A stretch of 63,857 nt of DNA, counting the filler, from Reclinomonas americana ATCC 50394 (taxonomy: Eukaryota): NCBI GenBank assembly GCA_048213135.1. It is 15 parts of 15 records of this genome, joined end to end, with 100 filler letters (N's around TTAATTAATTAA, not from the genome) between each part and the next. Parts side by side here need not be neighbours in the genome. Positions count along the whole stretch, not along the records: positions 21,823 to 25,426 come from AFZH01024014.1; positions 25,527 to 27,749 come from AFZH01024017.1; positions 27,850 to 34,076 come from AFZH01024018.1; positions 34,177 to 37,691 come from AFZH01024019.1; 11 more parts are not named here. The stretch is one strand, 5' to 3'. The notes beneath the pieces are model-generated. The model saw nothing but the letters and a program-made list of their open reading frames with translations, did no database searches and was not told where the DNA came from. The translations under genes and the position numbers were made by a program. Below are positions 22,248 through 34,308 of this stretch, piece by piece (position 1 is the stretch's first letter; each line of letters opens with the position of its first letter).

Positions 22248-24097
22248 TCACGAATCATGCGAGGTGGAACCTCCGGGGGCGGTCTTCCAAGAGCGATCGG
22301 CAACAAACGGCATCATGGCCATGATGCGGGCTCGTTTGACTTCGCGTGCAATCAGGCGTTGCTCCTTGCGCGTGACAAGGGTCTGACGGCGCGGGAAGAT
22401 GCGGCCGGTTTCGGCCGAGGTGAATTTGCGGAGGAGCCACGAGTTGCGGAAGGTGAGTTCGGCGCGGTCGCGGTCGGCGAGGGGTGAGGCGCGCTTGCCT
22501 GTGTAGTGGGGGAAGGGGGAGAGATGAGTGAGAAGGGGAAGGTGGGAAGGGGGAGGAAGGGGGAAGAGGGAGGAGGGAAGGGGGGAGGAGGGGGGAAGAG
22601 GGGAAGGAGAGGGGAAGGGGGAAGAGGGGAAGGAGAGGGGAAGGGGGAAGGAGGAAGGGAGGGGAAGGAGGTGAGTGCAATTGCAAGCGTGCGAGTTACA
22701 GAGAAACACATGGAGTGTGATAATCAGAGAGAGAGAGAGCATGAAACGGTGAGGGAGAGCATACTGAACTGTAACGGAGCGAGCAAAGCGAAGAAAGTCC
22801 GCGAGACAGTGAGAGACTGTGCAAGGAAGGAGAAGATTGGGAGAGAAAGAGCGAGAAAGAAAGCAAGCTAAGATCGTGAAGGGTTGAGAGGGAGAGAAAG
22901 AATGAGAAACGAGAGCGCGGGATGATGAACAACTGCATTGGAGCGAGCGAGAGAAAGTGACGCGGAGTGGAGACGGAGAAGATCGGGAGGACAGTATCGG
23001 TGAAAAAGGAAAGCAGAGGGCGAAGCGATGCAAGTGCATGGAAACGAGCAGAACCGAGTCCCCAAAACAAAAAGTGAACCGAAGAAGAGCAAATAAGCAG
23101 AGAAGAGAGCGAGGAAGGGAATGCAAGTGCAACACAGCGAGCGACAACTGAGCCCCGAAAGAGAGTGCATGAAACAGCGAGAGAGTAAGATCGTGAGGGT
23201 TTGCGAGGAACAGTAACGGTGAAGATGGAGAGCACAACAACTGCAACGGAGCGAAAAGGGTGAAAGAGCGAGGGCAACAGAGTGCTGAGACACTGCAGTT
23301 CCGATTCACGGAAAGAACTCCTCGCTCCTTCCCCTCAACAATGCTCACCAGTACCCGCTGCCGCACCAGGCACCGCCTGCGCTCCCGACACAGCACCACC
23401 ACGTCGGAATCCACTCGCCGGCGACATCTCCTCCAAGTCCTCCAAATCGTAAAACTGGCCCGCAAAGAAGGTCTTTGATGGATGTTTTCTAAAACACACA
23501 AAGGGAGGGAACAAGTCAACGACAACAGAGAGAGAGAAACCTAAACAAGGGTGAATGCACACACCTCAGCTTGTCAATGGCCTCCGGATCGTCATCGCCA
23601 CTCCCTGCAACAAAGTTGCAATCAGAAAGACACACAAAGAGAGAGAGAGAGACAGGGGCATGAAGAAGACACACACGGAGACAAACAGAGAGTGAGAAGA
23701 GAGAGAAGAGAGAGAGACAGAAAACTGAGGAGAATGCAAGTGAATCACACTCTCATCCACACACACACACACTCACACACCCTTTCTCTCACTCTCTCTC
23801 TCTCTCTCCACACAATGACTCATCACCATCTCCCCTTCTCCCTCTCTCCCTCCCTCCCTCACACACACCTCGCGCTCCTCGTCCATACAACACCGGCGGC
23901 GCACGCGCAACCGCCTGCGGACGCACACCACCACTCCCACTCACACTCACACTCGCCGCCATGTCACTCTCACTTTGCACCTCGCCCGCCTCCTCATCAC
24001 CACGTGGCGGCTGCTGCTGCGACTGCTTCTTGCCAAAGATAGAGGCAGCAGTGGGCGCAGCGCGGGAAGAGGGCCCGCCGCCAGAGAACCATCGCAT
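22248..24097 (-). CDS. Mitochondrial ribosomal protein S18 (bS18m), spliced
   Basis: Last exon FRNSWLLRKFTSAETGRIFPRRQTLVTRKEQRLIAREVKRARIMAMMPF is the S18 core. Upstream exons include KTFFAGQFYDLEDL. Start approximate. Confidence 0.85.
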
Positions 24098-24782
24098 CAC
24101 GCCATCACCGCCTGGTGAACAAGAAAAAAACAGTGAGCGCGCGCGCACAGACGCAGACAGAGAAGGCTATGTGTGTATGTGTGCGTAACGTGATGGGGAG
24201 AGCAATCGCGCGAGACGGAAGAGCATGGTGTGTGAGTGTGTTGTGGGGGGGACAAACGCGTTGCCACTGTAAACATAGAAACTGATCCGTACACAACAAT
24301 GCGTATATGGGTTTACGCTCTCTCCAGGGCACACAGCCCACAATAGAATTCACCGCGCATTCCACGCACTACCGACTGTTACCTTTTTTGCTCACCAACA
24401 ACAAGAATTCGTTCACCAACGCCTATCCGGAAGCAATTGCAAAGCCACGGTGCCCTTAATTTATTTAGCTGCAGCGGCAACATGCATACGTAGAATCTGG
24501 ATATCGATCCAGATATATGTGCGGGATATAGATCGATATCGATCAGAACCGCTGCGATCGCGAAGTTGTCCGCCTGCGGCTCGTGGACGTTCACTACGTC
24601 GACATGGTAGTGCGTGCTGAAGAATGTCGAAGTCGCAACGTCTACTGTGAGGTATGCGTTACAGAAACGGCGATCGCATGGCATCTGCGTGACGTTGACA
24701 ATTTTGGCGCCAGAATCGTCGTTTCAACCGTTTCCTCTCTCCCACTCTCGCGTGTGAGCGACTTCTTCGTCGTCCGTCGCTC

Positions 24783-25426
24783 ATGCGCTTCACCGTGATG
24801 CGCGTGCTCTTCAGTATCACGCTCCTCGTCCACTTACTTGTCCACTCTCCACTCACTTTTGCAAGTTGCGTGCGTGTGCGGCTTATGCACTTAACCTTAT
24901 CCCCGCTGCGTGTCTCGTTCGACACTCACTGCACATTACACGCACCACTCGACTCTCCATGCAGACGCCCAAACAGTAACCACCGCCGTCGCCAGCAACA
25001 TCACTGGCTCGACGGCCACTCTCAATGCGTGGGTCAATCCCAACAGTGTTGCTGGCGGCACCACCAACTCTTTTGAGTGGTCTCCTTACGCCGCCGCCAT
25101 TGGCGTCTCTCCAGCCAATGTCTCCACCTTAGCAGGCACAGCTGGCTCATCGGGAACAACCGATGGTGTGGGCGCAAGTGCACGATTCTATTCACCATTT
25201 GTGCGTGTGCGACGTCGACAGAGGGCGCTGCTTGCCATGTGCACTTCACTGACACGTTGAGTGTGTGCTCTCTCAACAGGGACTGGCCCTGGATGCCACA
25301 GGCAACGTGTATGTGAGCGATTACGGGTTTGCATTGCACTGTCTATTAGTTTTTGACTCATCGCTTGTAGCTCTCTCTCACTCGTGCGCTGATGATGACA
25401 GCAACTGTCGCATTCGACGCATCACC
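24783..25426 (+). CDS. Secreted NHL-repeat protein, 3' truncated
   Basis: Hydrophobic signal peptide, VTTAVASNITGSTATLN, then an NHL repeat (VSTLAGTAGSSGTTDGVGASARFYSP / GLALDATGNVYVSD / NCRIRRIT) split by introns. Confidence 0.7.
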
Positions 25427-25526
25427 NNNNNNNNNNNNNNNNNNNNNNNNNNNNNNNNNNNNNNNNNNNNTTAATTAATTAANNNNNNNNNNNNNNNNNN
25501 NNNNNNNNNNNNNNNNNNNNNNNNNN

Positions 25527-27635
25527 TCAGTGTCGCACCGTACACGTAGCCGCTGGAGCTGACATTGCCGCCAGTCACATTGCCGCCAGTGCTCACACTG
25601 CCGCCGCTAACGGCACCACCAGTGCTCACACTGCTGCCTTGCAGAGTGCCAGTCGTCGTCACACTGCCGCCAGTAATCACGCCGCCAGCCGACACGCCAC
25701 CCGACGTGCTCAGCGTCGCACCGTACACGTAGCCGCTGGAGCTGACGTTGCCGCCAGTCACATTGCCACCAGTGCTCACACTGCTACCGGCCACGGAGCC
25801 GGTGGTGGTGAGACTGCCACCAGTAATCACACCAGCGGCACTGATGGTGCCCGATGCGGTAATGTTGGTGACACTGAGGTTGGTCGCCGAGCAACCGGTG
25901 AGGACGCCGTTCTGCATCGAGCAAGTGCCGTCAGACACAACCGAACCCCTCACGGAGCCAGTGGTGGTCAAGCTGCCGCCAGAAACGATGCCGCCGGACG
26001 TCAAATTACCCGACGAGCTGACGCTAAGCGATTGCAGCGTGCCCGCGGTGGTGATGCTACCGCCTGAAAGGAGGCCGCTGGTGCTAATGGTGGCACCCAG
26101 CACTGCTCCCGCAGTGGAGAAATTCAGGGCGTTGATGGCGCCCGATGAGCTTACAGAGCCGGCCGTCAGAGATCCACTCGTGCTGAAACTTCCAGCCGCA
26201 ATCACACCAGCCGTGCTGATGGAGCCCAGGGAGCAGCCAGTCAGCACACCATTCGAAATGGAGCAAGTGCCGTCGCTCAGAGTGCGACCGGTAACCGAGC
26301 CTGATGTGGTGAAGCTGCCGCCAAAGACGAGGCCGCTGCTGCTAATGTTGAGACCGAAAACGGTACCGGTGGTGGAGACCGTTTGGCCGAAAATGTTGCC
26401 AGACGAGCTGACGAGACCCGTGCGGATGTCGATAGCTGTCGTGGAGCCGAGGGTGGCTGCCTGGGCAAAGAGCTGACCGGATGCCGACAACGTCGCGCCA
26501 TTCACAAAGGTGGAGCTGGAGATGCCGACCGCAGTAAGGCTGCTGCCAACCACCACCGCGCCGTTGAGGGACGACTGCTGGAACACCGTCAAAGTGCTGG
26601 TTTGCACAGTTGGTGACGTGACCAGGCCGTTTGCCGACAGCGTGACGGCTTGCACACGACCGGCGGCAGAAAGACCGCCAGTGGCAATATCGGCCACAGA
26701 GAGCCACGACTGCATGACCACGGGACCCAACATCAGCGACCAGCCACGCACTGTAAGTGCAGAGGCATCCGTCACTGTGCCAGTAATAGCACTGCAAGAC
26801 GAGCCAGAGTAGCCAGAATTGCATGTGCACACTTGGCCAGAGGTCGAAGAAGCAGTGCAGTCACCACGCACGGGGCTCGCAAAGGCTCCGCTGTGCGCAT
26901 TTACAGAAATAAATACAAGCTCCGTGAGGTCAGGGTGAGAGGGCACATGCCACGTACCATTGAGTCCTGCTGCATGTGCAATTCACACCACCGAAAGTGG
27001 AAGTGCAAGTGCAGATACCGTTGGTGCAGCTCGACACAGCCGAGGTACCGACAGGGCTGGTTACACGCACAGTGAGTATCAGCAAGAAGCACGCCATCAC
27101 CCCACAACACGTGCGCGCCACTTACCAAGAAGCCGGGCAGTTGCTCGTGCAAGCGCCAGTCGCTGTGTGCAGTTGAGAGTTGTCAGAAATGTGACCAAAA
27201 AAATGGAAGCGACAGTGGGAAGAACAAAACATTGGTTGCAAGTGGTTCCAGCAGGGCAACTGCAAACGCCGGCGCAACGAGATCCGTAGAAGCCAGTGTT
27301 GCAAGTACACACACCAGTCGTGGCATTGCAAGTACCGTTGTTGTTGCTGCATTTGATGTGACGTGAGCAACGCGTCGCAGTTTCATCAATTTCTTCTCCT
27401 TCACATACCAATTGTCGGCGCAAAGCGATGTCGACGCGCAGTTGGTACCGGAGAAGCCCGACAAGCATGTGCATGTGCTGCGTTGGTATCACGTGAGCGA
27501 GGATTCAGTGTGGTGGACCAACGAGGGAGGGAAAAAAAACACAGCACCACTCACCCAGCACTGTTGCAATAACCCTTTTGCGTGCAGCCCGAGTCACCGG
27601 TCGCGCAATTGTTGCAACCCACTTCACTGCATTGG
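25527..27635 (-). CDS. EGF-like repeat protein with a long Gly/Ser/Thr-rich repeat region, partial at both ends
   Basis: Several EGF-like exons (CTCNTGFYGSRC, CTCTSTFGGVNC, CTCNSGYSGSSC) followed by about 400 aa of roughly 12-residue repeats (GNVTGGNVSSSG). Confidence 0.75.
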
Positions 27636-29240
27636 CTGTGGTGCGTGGCGAGGAGGAGGGGGTGAAGGAGGTGGTGGTCCACGTCAATACACAAGCACAG
27701 GCACTCAGGATTTCAAGAAACAAAAACAAACCAATTGGGTCCGCCAAACNNNNNNNNNNNNNNNNNNNNNNNNNNNNNNNNNNNNNNNNNNNNTTAATTA
27801 ATTAANNNNNNNNNNNNNNNNNNNNNNNNNNNNNNNNNNNNNNNNNNNNACCACCACCACGCACTCCATCGTGGGTGGGTGCGTGTGTGTGTGTGTGTCA
27901 CGGCGGAGGATCATGCACCGGAGAAAAAAAGTACATGAGCCCCGAAAAGGGAGCCGCCGAGCGAATCTAACACACGCGCACACACACACGCAAACAACAG
28001 CACGCACTGTCATTGTGTGCGCACTGTCACACGCACTCGCACGCACGCACGTGAGAGAGTGAGCGAGTGGGTGCGTGAGTGGACAGCAGTTGAATCTGAC
28101 GTGTGAGTGGTCGCGAGAGCCGTGTGAGAGTGGTTTCGCGAATGCCTGTCGGGGAGATGAAGAAGAGGAAGGAACGGAGAGAGAGAGAAGGGGGAGACGA
28201 AGGGAGTGGAAGCGAGAGCGCGTCACCCCCTGCACTGCGACAAGAGACAACACTTATTACTCTCCAGATTTGGCAGTCACATGAAAGAACAACTCCGTCG
28301 CGCCACAGGCCACGAGTATGTGTGTGTGTGCACACACACTGAAGTGGTGGCGGTGGTGGTGCGCCGCATCTGCAGCGGAGGCAGATTGAGGACCGCATTT
28401 GGATCGAATATGCAGTTTTGAGTTTGAGGTCGTCAAACAACGCCTCTCGTTGTTGTGAGATTCGACGACGAATGGCGCATCGATGCACACCCCGCACCGG
28501 TGATGTCACTGCACTTGAATGAAGAGCCACCTTGCACACAGCCGGCGTCAGTTAACTCGAGCTTGCAACCAGTTTTCTCGGAAGAATGCTGGATATGGCA
28601 GAGATTTTAATATGTACCACAACTTGCTATTGTAGTGAGTCATCACGCAGCCACACTCCAAGCATCGCCAGCGACGTGCCACGAAAAGGAAGAGAAGAAA
28701 GGATCCTTTGGCCTTGGCTTGCAGGATTCGCTCGGCAGTGACTTTGTGTGCGCGGGGAGGGCGAGGTTTGAAAGCAGCTGTGAAGCTGTGTCATGTCCCA
28801 GCTCCGCCTTCCGGGGCGCCTGGCCGCTGACTTTCCAGAGTGTCTCGCGGCGGTTGGCGGGGCCGATTTCTTGCTGTCGAATTCGATTTCGATTTTTTTG
28901 ATTTCCGAATTGCTCCGATCGCCAGAAGCGACCAGCGTTTCGTCGAATTCAGGTTACAGGGTCTCCGTCGCAGGCCTCCATATTGCATGACTGGCGATAC
29001 ATAGCACAGCGCGTGCGGCTGCCGATGCTGCACAACGATCGCGAGTTGCGCTGCGATGCGCAGCTGCAGCTGCAGCTGCGAAAGCATCTCGTGATTGCAG
29101 TACCCAGTCGTGCTACATAGCCACGTGCTTTCCCGTGGACCCTTTCCTCGCGAAAGGCACTTCGCCTCTTGCGTTCCCCGCTGGCTTTCGATTCCGACCG
29201 ATCGATCACCACCGCAGTGCGTCACACTTCTAGCGCATTG

Positions 29241-32200
29241 ATGTCTCTCCCTCGACGACCTCCTCGATCGCACGTGCGTCTGACGATGGTGCCGTCCCTC
29301 CCTTTCTCTGCACACTCACTCCGCCTCCCTCCACAGCGCGACACCACACCGGTTACTTGTCTCTCCTCTCCTCTCTCCATTTCTCTCTCTTTTCTCCCTT
29401 CTTCCCCCCTCGTCGCTCACTCACACCCACGTCGCCTCTCTATTTTTCGCAGACTTCACGCAGTTCGCGCCCATCGTCCAGCGCACAACGCACCTCCACA
29501 CGTTGTGTAAAGTGTGCTGACTGTTTCACGCGCGCCACACTCTTGACAACTCACATGGTCGTTTCTTCTTCTTCTTCTTCTTCTTCTTCTTCTTCTCCTT
29601 CCTTTGGCAGAACGCGAAGAGTGAGTGGGCACGCGTGTTCTTTTTTGTTGTCGCCTGCATTGTGAATCTGGACTCCTGCAGAGACGCCGTGCCCACATTG
29701 CGATCCAATGCCACGCGCGTGTCGCCTGGTGAGTCCTCGCTTCCCTCTCTCGTCGTTTACCCTCCTCTCATTGACGTGGCTGGCGCAGCGCGTGAGCGGT
29801 CACCCAACAGCCGACGAGCGCTGTCGTTTGGTTCTTCGTCTCTTCGACCGCTCGATGCTGGTGAGTGAGTGCGTGGGTACGTGACTGGCGGGCGCGCTGC
29901 TCATCACAAGACGCGGTGATGGCAGAGGCGAGTGAGTCAGTGCTGCCGGCGGGAGCCGACCTGATGGACATGAACCCGGCGCTCTCGCAGTCGTCGTTGA
30001 TCGACCAAGTGCTGCGCAATGCGGCGGCACCGTCCGGCTCGCGACGGCGATCGGCACTTGCTCGCCGCCCGTCGCCACCGCCACCGCCACCGCCACTACT
30101 ACATGTTCGTCCACTTTTCTCTTGCTCCGTCTCCCGCACGCTCTCTTGTGTCTCAGGGGGGCGTGACGCAGATCGACACCGACGTGGCCGCCATCCATGC
30201 TCCTTCGATCGACACTACACCTCTGTCGGCGTCGGCCTCCAAGTGGATCACCTCACAGGCGCCTGCATTCACTCCCACTGCCGGGCTGTCGACCGAAAAG
30301 CTCCCTCCGAGCAAGCTGTGGTCGCACCAGGCCGATCCCAGTGCGCAGCCTACTGCTCCGGCCGCCGTGGCCAGCGAGTTGCGTCTTGTTTCTTGGTGAC
30401 CGCTTGCCCCACTATCTCCCCCTTTTTGTTTTTTTTACAACCTTTGCATATGCAGCGGTGTGCGAACTAGTGCAGTGGTAAACATCGATGAGTTGAGTGT
30501 GGTGGCAGGAGTACCAATGCTGCTACTGCTACTGTCGCCGCTGATTAATTGTGTGTGCAGGTTAAAGCAGGATACTGCCGAGCACGTGAGACGGCTCCGA
30601 CAGTTCCAGTTGGTGCACTCGGCAGAGTCACGCATCGCCGGCGATGCGAGAAAACCACGTGCCGCCGCATCTGCCTCCCGCCACGCTGTGGCCGGTGGCA
30701 GTCGCGAGGAGCGCGCAGCCGTGACAATCCAGCGATGGTATCGCCGCCAGCAGGTGATCCACTGTGATGAAGCTTCCACACATGCAAACCAACATGGGGT
30801 TCACCGTGCTCGAGCCTTACAGTTGCGCCAATTCGCCACGCAACAGCGAGCTCGGCTGCGCGCCGCCGCTAGTGCTGTGCGCACGATACCAGATCGTCGC
30901 CGACCGCGAACTCCACAATTACAGTCGTGGACTTCGAGCAGCACCACGCACGCGCGGCCGATCGAAGCAATGCTGCCGCGATCCCCGGCGTCACCGTCGC
31001 CATTGCATTGTCCGCCGTCTCCAAGTGGCGTAGAAATCCTGCATGGCGGTGACTCGCCTGCACATCGTCCGCCACCACACGCGTTGGTCGTCGAAGACGT
31101 GACGGGGGAACAGGTGAGTGGGCCGCCTGTCGCACGCGTTCTCGGCGGAGACTCAACCTCTGCTGCGTAGGCAACCGCTCTTCATGTACCGCATGGCGCG
31201 ACAACTGGTGAGGCACACTCTGTCACTGATTTCTGTATGTAGTACTGAAGACCGTGTTCCTCCTCCAGTTGACATTCCAGGTTTGCACACGGCCGCCGTC
31301 GCGGCTGCTGTCGAACAGGTGCGAAGGTCGCTCTCGGAAGAACTGCAACGCATGTCGCCAACAGCGTCGGCGGATCCGCGACCTGCTTCACCGGTGGCCG
31401 CACCACCGCCACTGCATCCACCGGCGTCGCAACAACGGTTGGTTGTGCCGTACTTTGTTTCAGCACTCGCCGCTGCGTCCCGAATTTGCACACACAGGTC
31501 GATCGAGGGCCGCGAGAGCCGCACGTTTGAAAAGTTGCAGAATATCATGGCATTCTTGGAGGAAGCTAATGTGCATACACGCGTCAACTCCATTACCGCC
31601 GCTGCTCTCGCTCCGTCGGCCACGTCGTCGCCTGTGAAAACAGTCGTGAATGGCGATGTAAAGTTGAGTGTCGCGTGCTCTTGAAGATGTCGCCACTCGT
31701 GTCGCCACATCGTTGCTGAACTGCATCGCAGTGCTGCTTCCGCGGCTGAGATGCCAGACGACGACGGTTGCGGACGCCTGTGCTTCAATCTTTGTGCACG
31801 TACTTTCGTACACTCATCTCACTCGCAGTGGAGGTGCTAACATCCAACTTGACGTTTGCCAAATTCCGGAGCAAGCTACAGCAGGCACGTCGTGACGTGG
31901 AGGAGCGGAATGAGCGCATTGTGCAGTTGGAGCGCGACGTGGCTCGCCTGCAGGAGCGCGAGCAGCGTCTGACTCGCAAGTTGTTCGTCGGTGCCTCGCT
32001 GCTAGTCGCTTTTTTCTTTCCGTCGCTGACGTTGCGTCGTGTGCCAGTGAGACCGCCGCCCAGGCCGAACTCGAGAGTCAGAGGCGTGAATTCGAGCAGA
32101 TTCACGCGCGACAACTGGCCTTTGTTCACGAGTTGGTCATCGACAAGCAACAACTGACCAAGAACATGAACGACATGGCGGAGACTCTGAAACGCGTCCA

Positions 32201-34076
32201 GCAGGAACACGCAGCCAAGGTACATACATCCGCAGTGCTGCGGTGCTTGGCGCAGGTAGTTTTCATGACTTTTTCTCCGAGTGCAGCGAGCTGCCGACGA
32301 AGCCGAGTTGGAGCAGCGGCTGAAGAAAGCCAAGGAGGGCTGGATTGCCGCTGAAAGAGTGCGTCGGGAGAACTGGCAGACGGCCAAGGAGAAGGAGATG
32401 AAGCAGTCGGCGTGGAGTGAGATGGAGCCAGAGGTCAAGCGAATGTTGCGAGTTGCGTGATGCGTGCCTTTTTTGCATGCCTCCTCTTTCCTGGGTGGCT
32501 GTTGAGCGTGTGTGCAGCAACACAAGACAAAGGCCGCCGAGATGACTCGTGCACACGAGGATGAGATGCATAGATTACAATTGCAGCTACAGGCGGAGCA
32601 CCAGGATGCCATGGTATGTGCGTTTTGTTAAAAAAATGTGTTTACTGCAGATCCTCACCATCCACTCGCAGGCGGAGATGCGTCGGCGCTGTGTACAGGA
32701 ACTCGAGGAAGCGGTGCAGGCTGAGCGCGATGCTACCAGTCGAAAGTACCGTGACGAGGCCAGCCATTTGGACGGAAGAGTTGTGTGTCACTGGTGTGGT
32801 GGGCAATTAGGCGGCCGTGTCCACTCAATATATATGTTCTTCTCGTGCCACCGATGCAGTTGCAAGCGGAGCGAAGAAAATGGGTGCAGCAGATGGAACA
32901 GGAACGCAGTGAGATGGAGGAGCAGCTTCGCCGGGAGAGGTTTTGTGTGGCGTCCGTGCATTGCGCCGCGCATCCACCTTCCTGTTCTCCTCACTGCCAC
33001 TGTGCACGTGCAGGCTCAATCTTTCTCGCCAGCGCGAGGAGATGCGTGAGGCCGAGGAGCACCGCGAAAAGGAGATGCACGATAGACTCGAGTCGCTCCG
33101 CACTGCTCTCAACACACACCACCAGTCTGAGGTATTGTACCCTGTTCGAGTCCTTCGCCGTTCCCCCCCCCCCCCCCGCCTGATTGTGGTCCGTGTGGCA
33201 GCTGGATCTTCTGGCACAGAAATTGGCCAGAGAGCGTGCCGACTGGGAGCGCTCGCAGCGAGAGCAGATCAATGACGAGTTTGCGCGCAAGGAGGTACGT
33301 GATATACGACCGACCAGTGGAGCCATGAGGGTCTCTCACTGTGCTGAGCGTCACGCAGGTGGAAATTCGCCGAGCAATGGAGGCAGAGCGCAACGCGCAA
33401 CTGGAACGCGTCATCGAGAAGCTCGAGGAGGAGGCTGCAGCCTCGCAGACAGATACAGTACGTGACTGTGAGGCGCGCCTTCGAACAGCCCGGGATCAGC
33501 ATCAACGACAGCAGCGAGTGCTGGAGGCGGAAATCGCCGACTGGCGAGTGAAGCACGCGGAAGCCGTCGCGAGAGCGGACGCAGCCGACACCAAGTGCGC
33601 CAGCTTGCAGGCACTTGTCGAGGTGTTGCAGCGCGAGAATGCCACCAAATCCGAGGCCATGCGGCAGGTCGAGTTGCGACACGACCGCACGGTGGCCGAG
33701 CAGCAAGCGGCTGGTTTGTCAACATTGCCCGTCACTCGGCCTCCTCTTCTCTCTCTCGTTCTCTCATTCTTCTCACCCACCTGCTCATTGGCATAGCGAA
33801 CGACCAGCATCGGCAGCTGGCGACCTTGGCGGAACACGCCCGAGTGCTGGAGCAGCAGCTGGCAGAAAAAGAGCGGCAACGCACGCAACTGCAGGCCGAA
33901 CACGCGTCGGCCATGGAAGAGTTTCGTCGAAAGAAGATGGACGAGCTCGAGAACGTCAACGTGCAAGTACGCCTGCTGGTGCAAAAGAAAGACGACAAGA
34001 TTGCACAGTTGGAGAAGCAGCTGCAGGTGGCAGCTCGACAACTCAAGGAATTCGAGGCGCTGCTAGAAAAGGAATG
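29241..34076 (+). CDS. CEP131: Centrosomal protein CEP131/AZI1, spliced, 3' truncated
   Basis: IQ motif AAVTIQRWYRRQ, KLQNIMAFLEE, RQLAFVHELVIDKQQL, AAERVRRENW, MEPEVKRML and ELENVNVQVRLLVQKKD occur in CEP131 order. Start tentative. Confidence 0.85.
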
Positions 34077-34176
34077 NNNNNNNNNNNNNNNNNNNNNNNN
34101 NNNNNNNNNNNNNNNNNNNNTTAATTAATTAANNNNNNNNNNNNNNNNNNNNNNNNNNNNNNNNNNNNNNNNNNNN

Positions 34177-34207
<31 letters not shown>

Positions 34208-34231
34208 GTCGTCGTCTACTCACCACCACCT

Positions 34232-34308
<77 letters not shown>

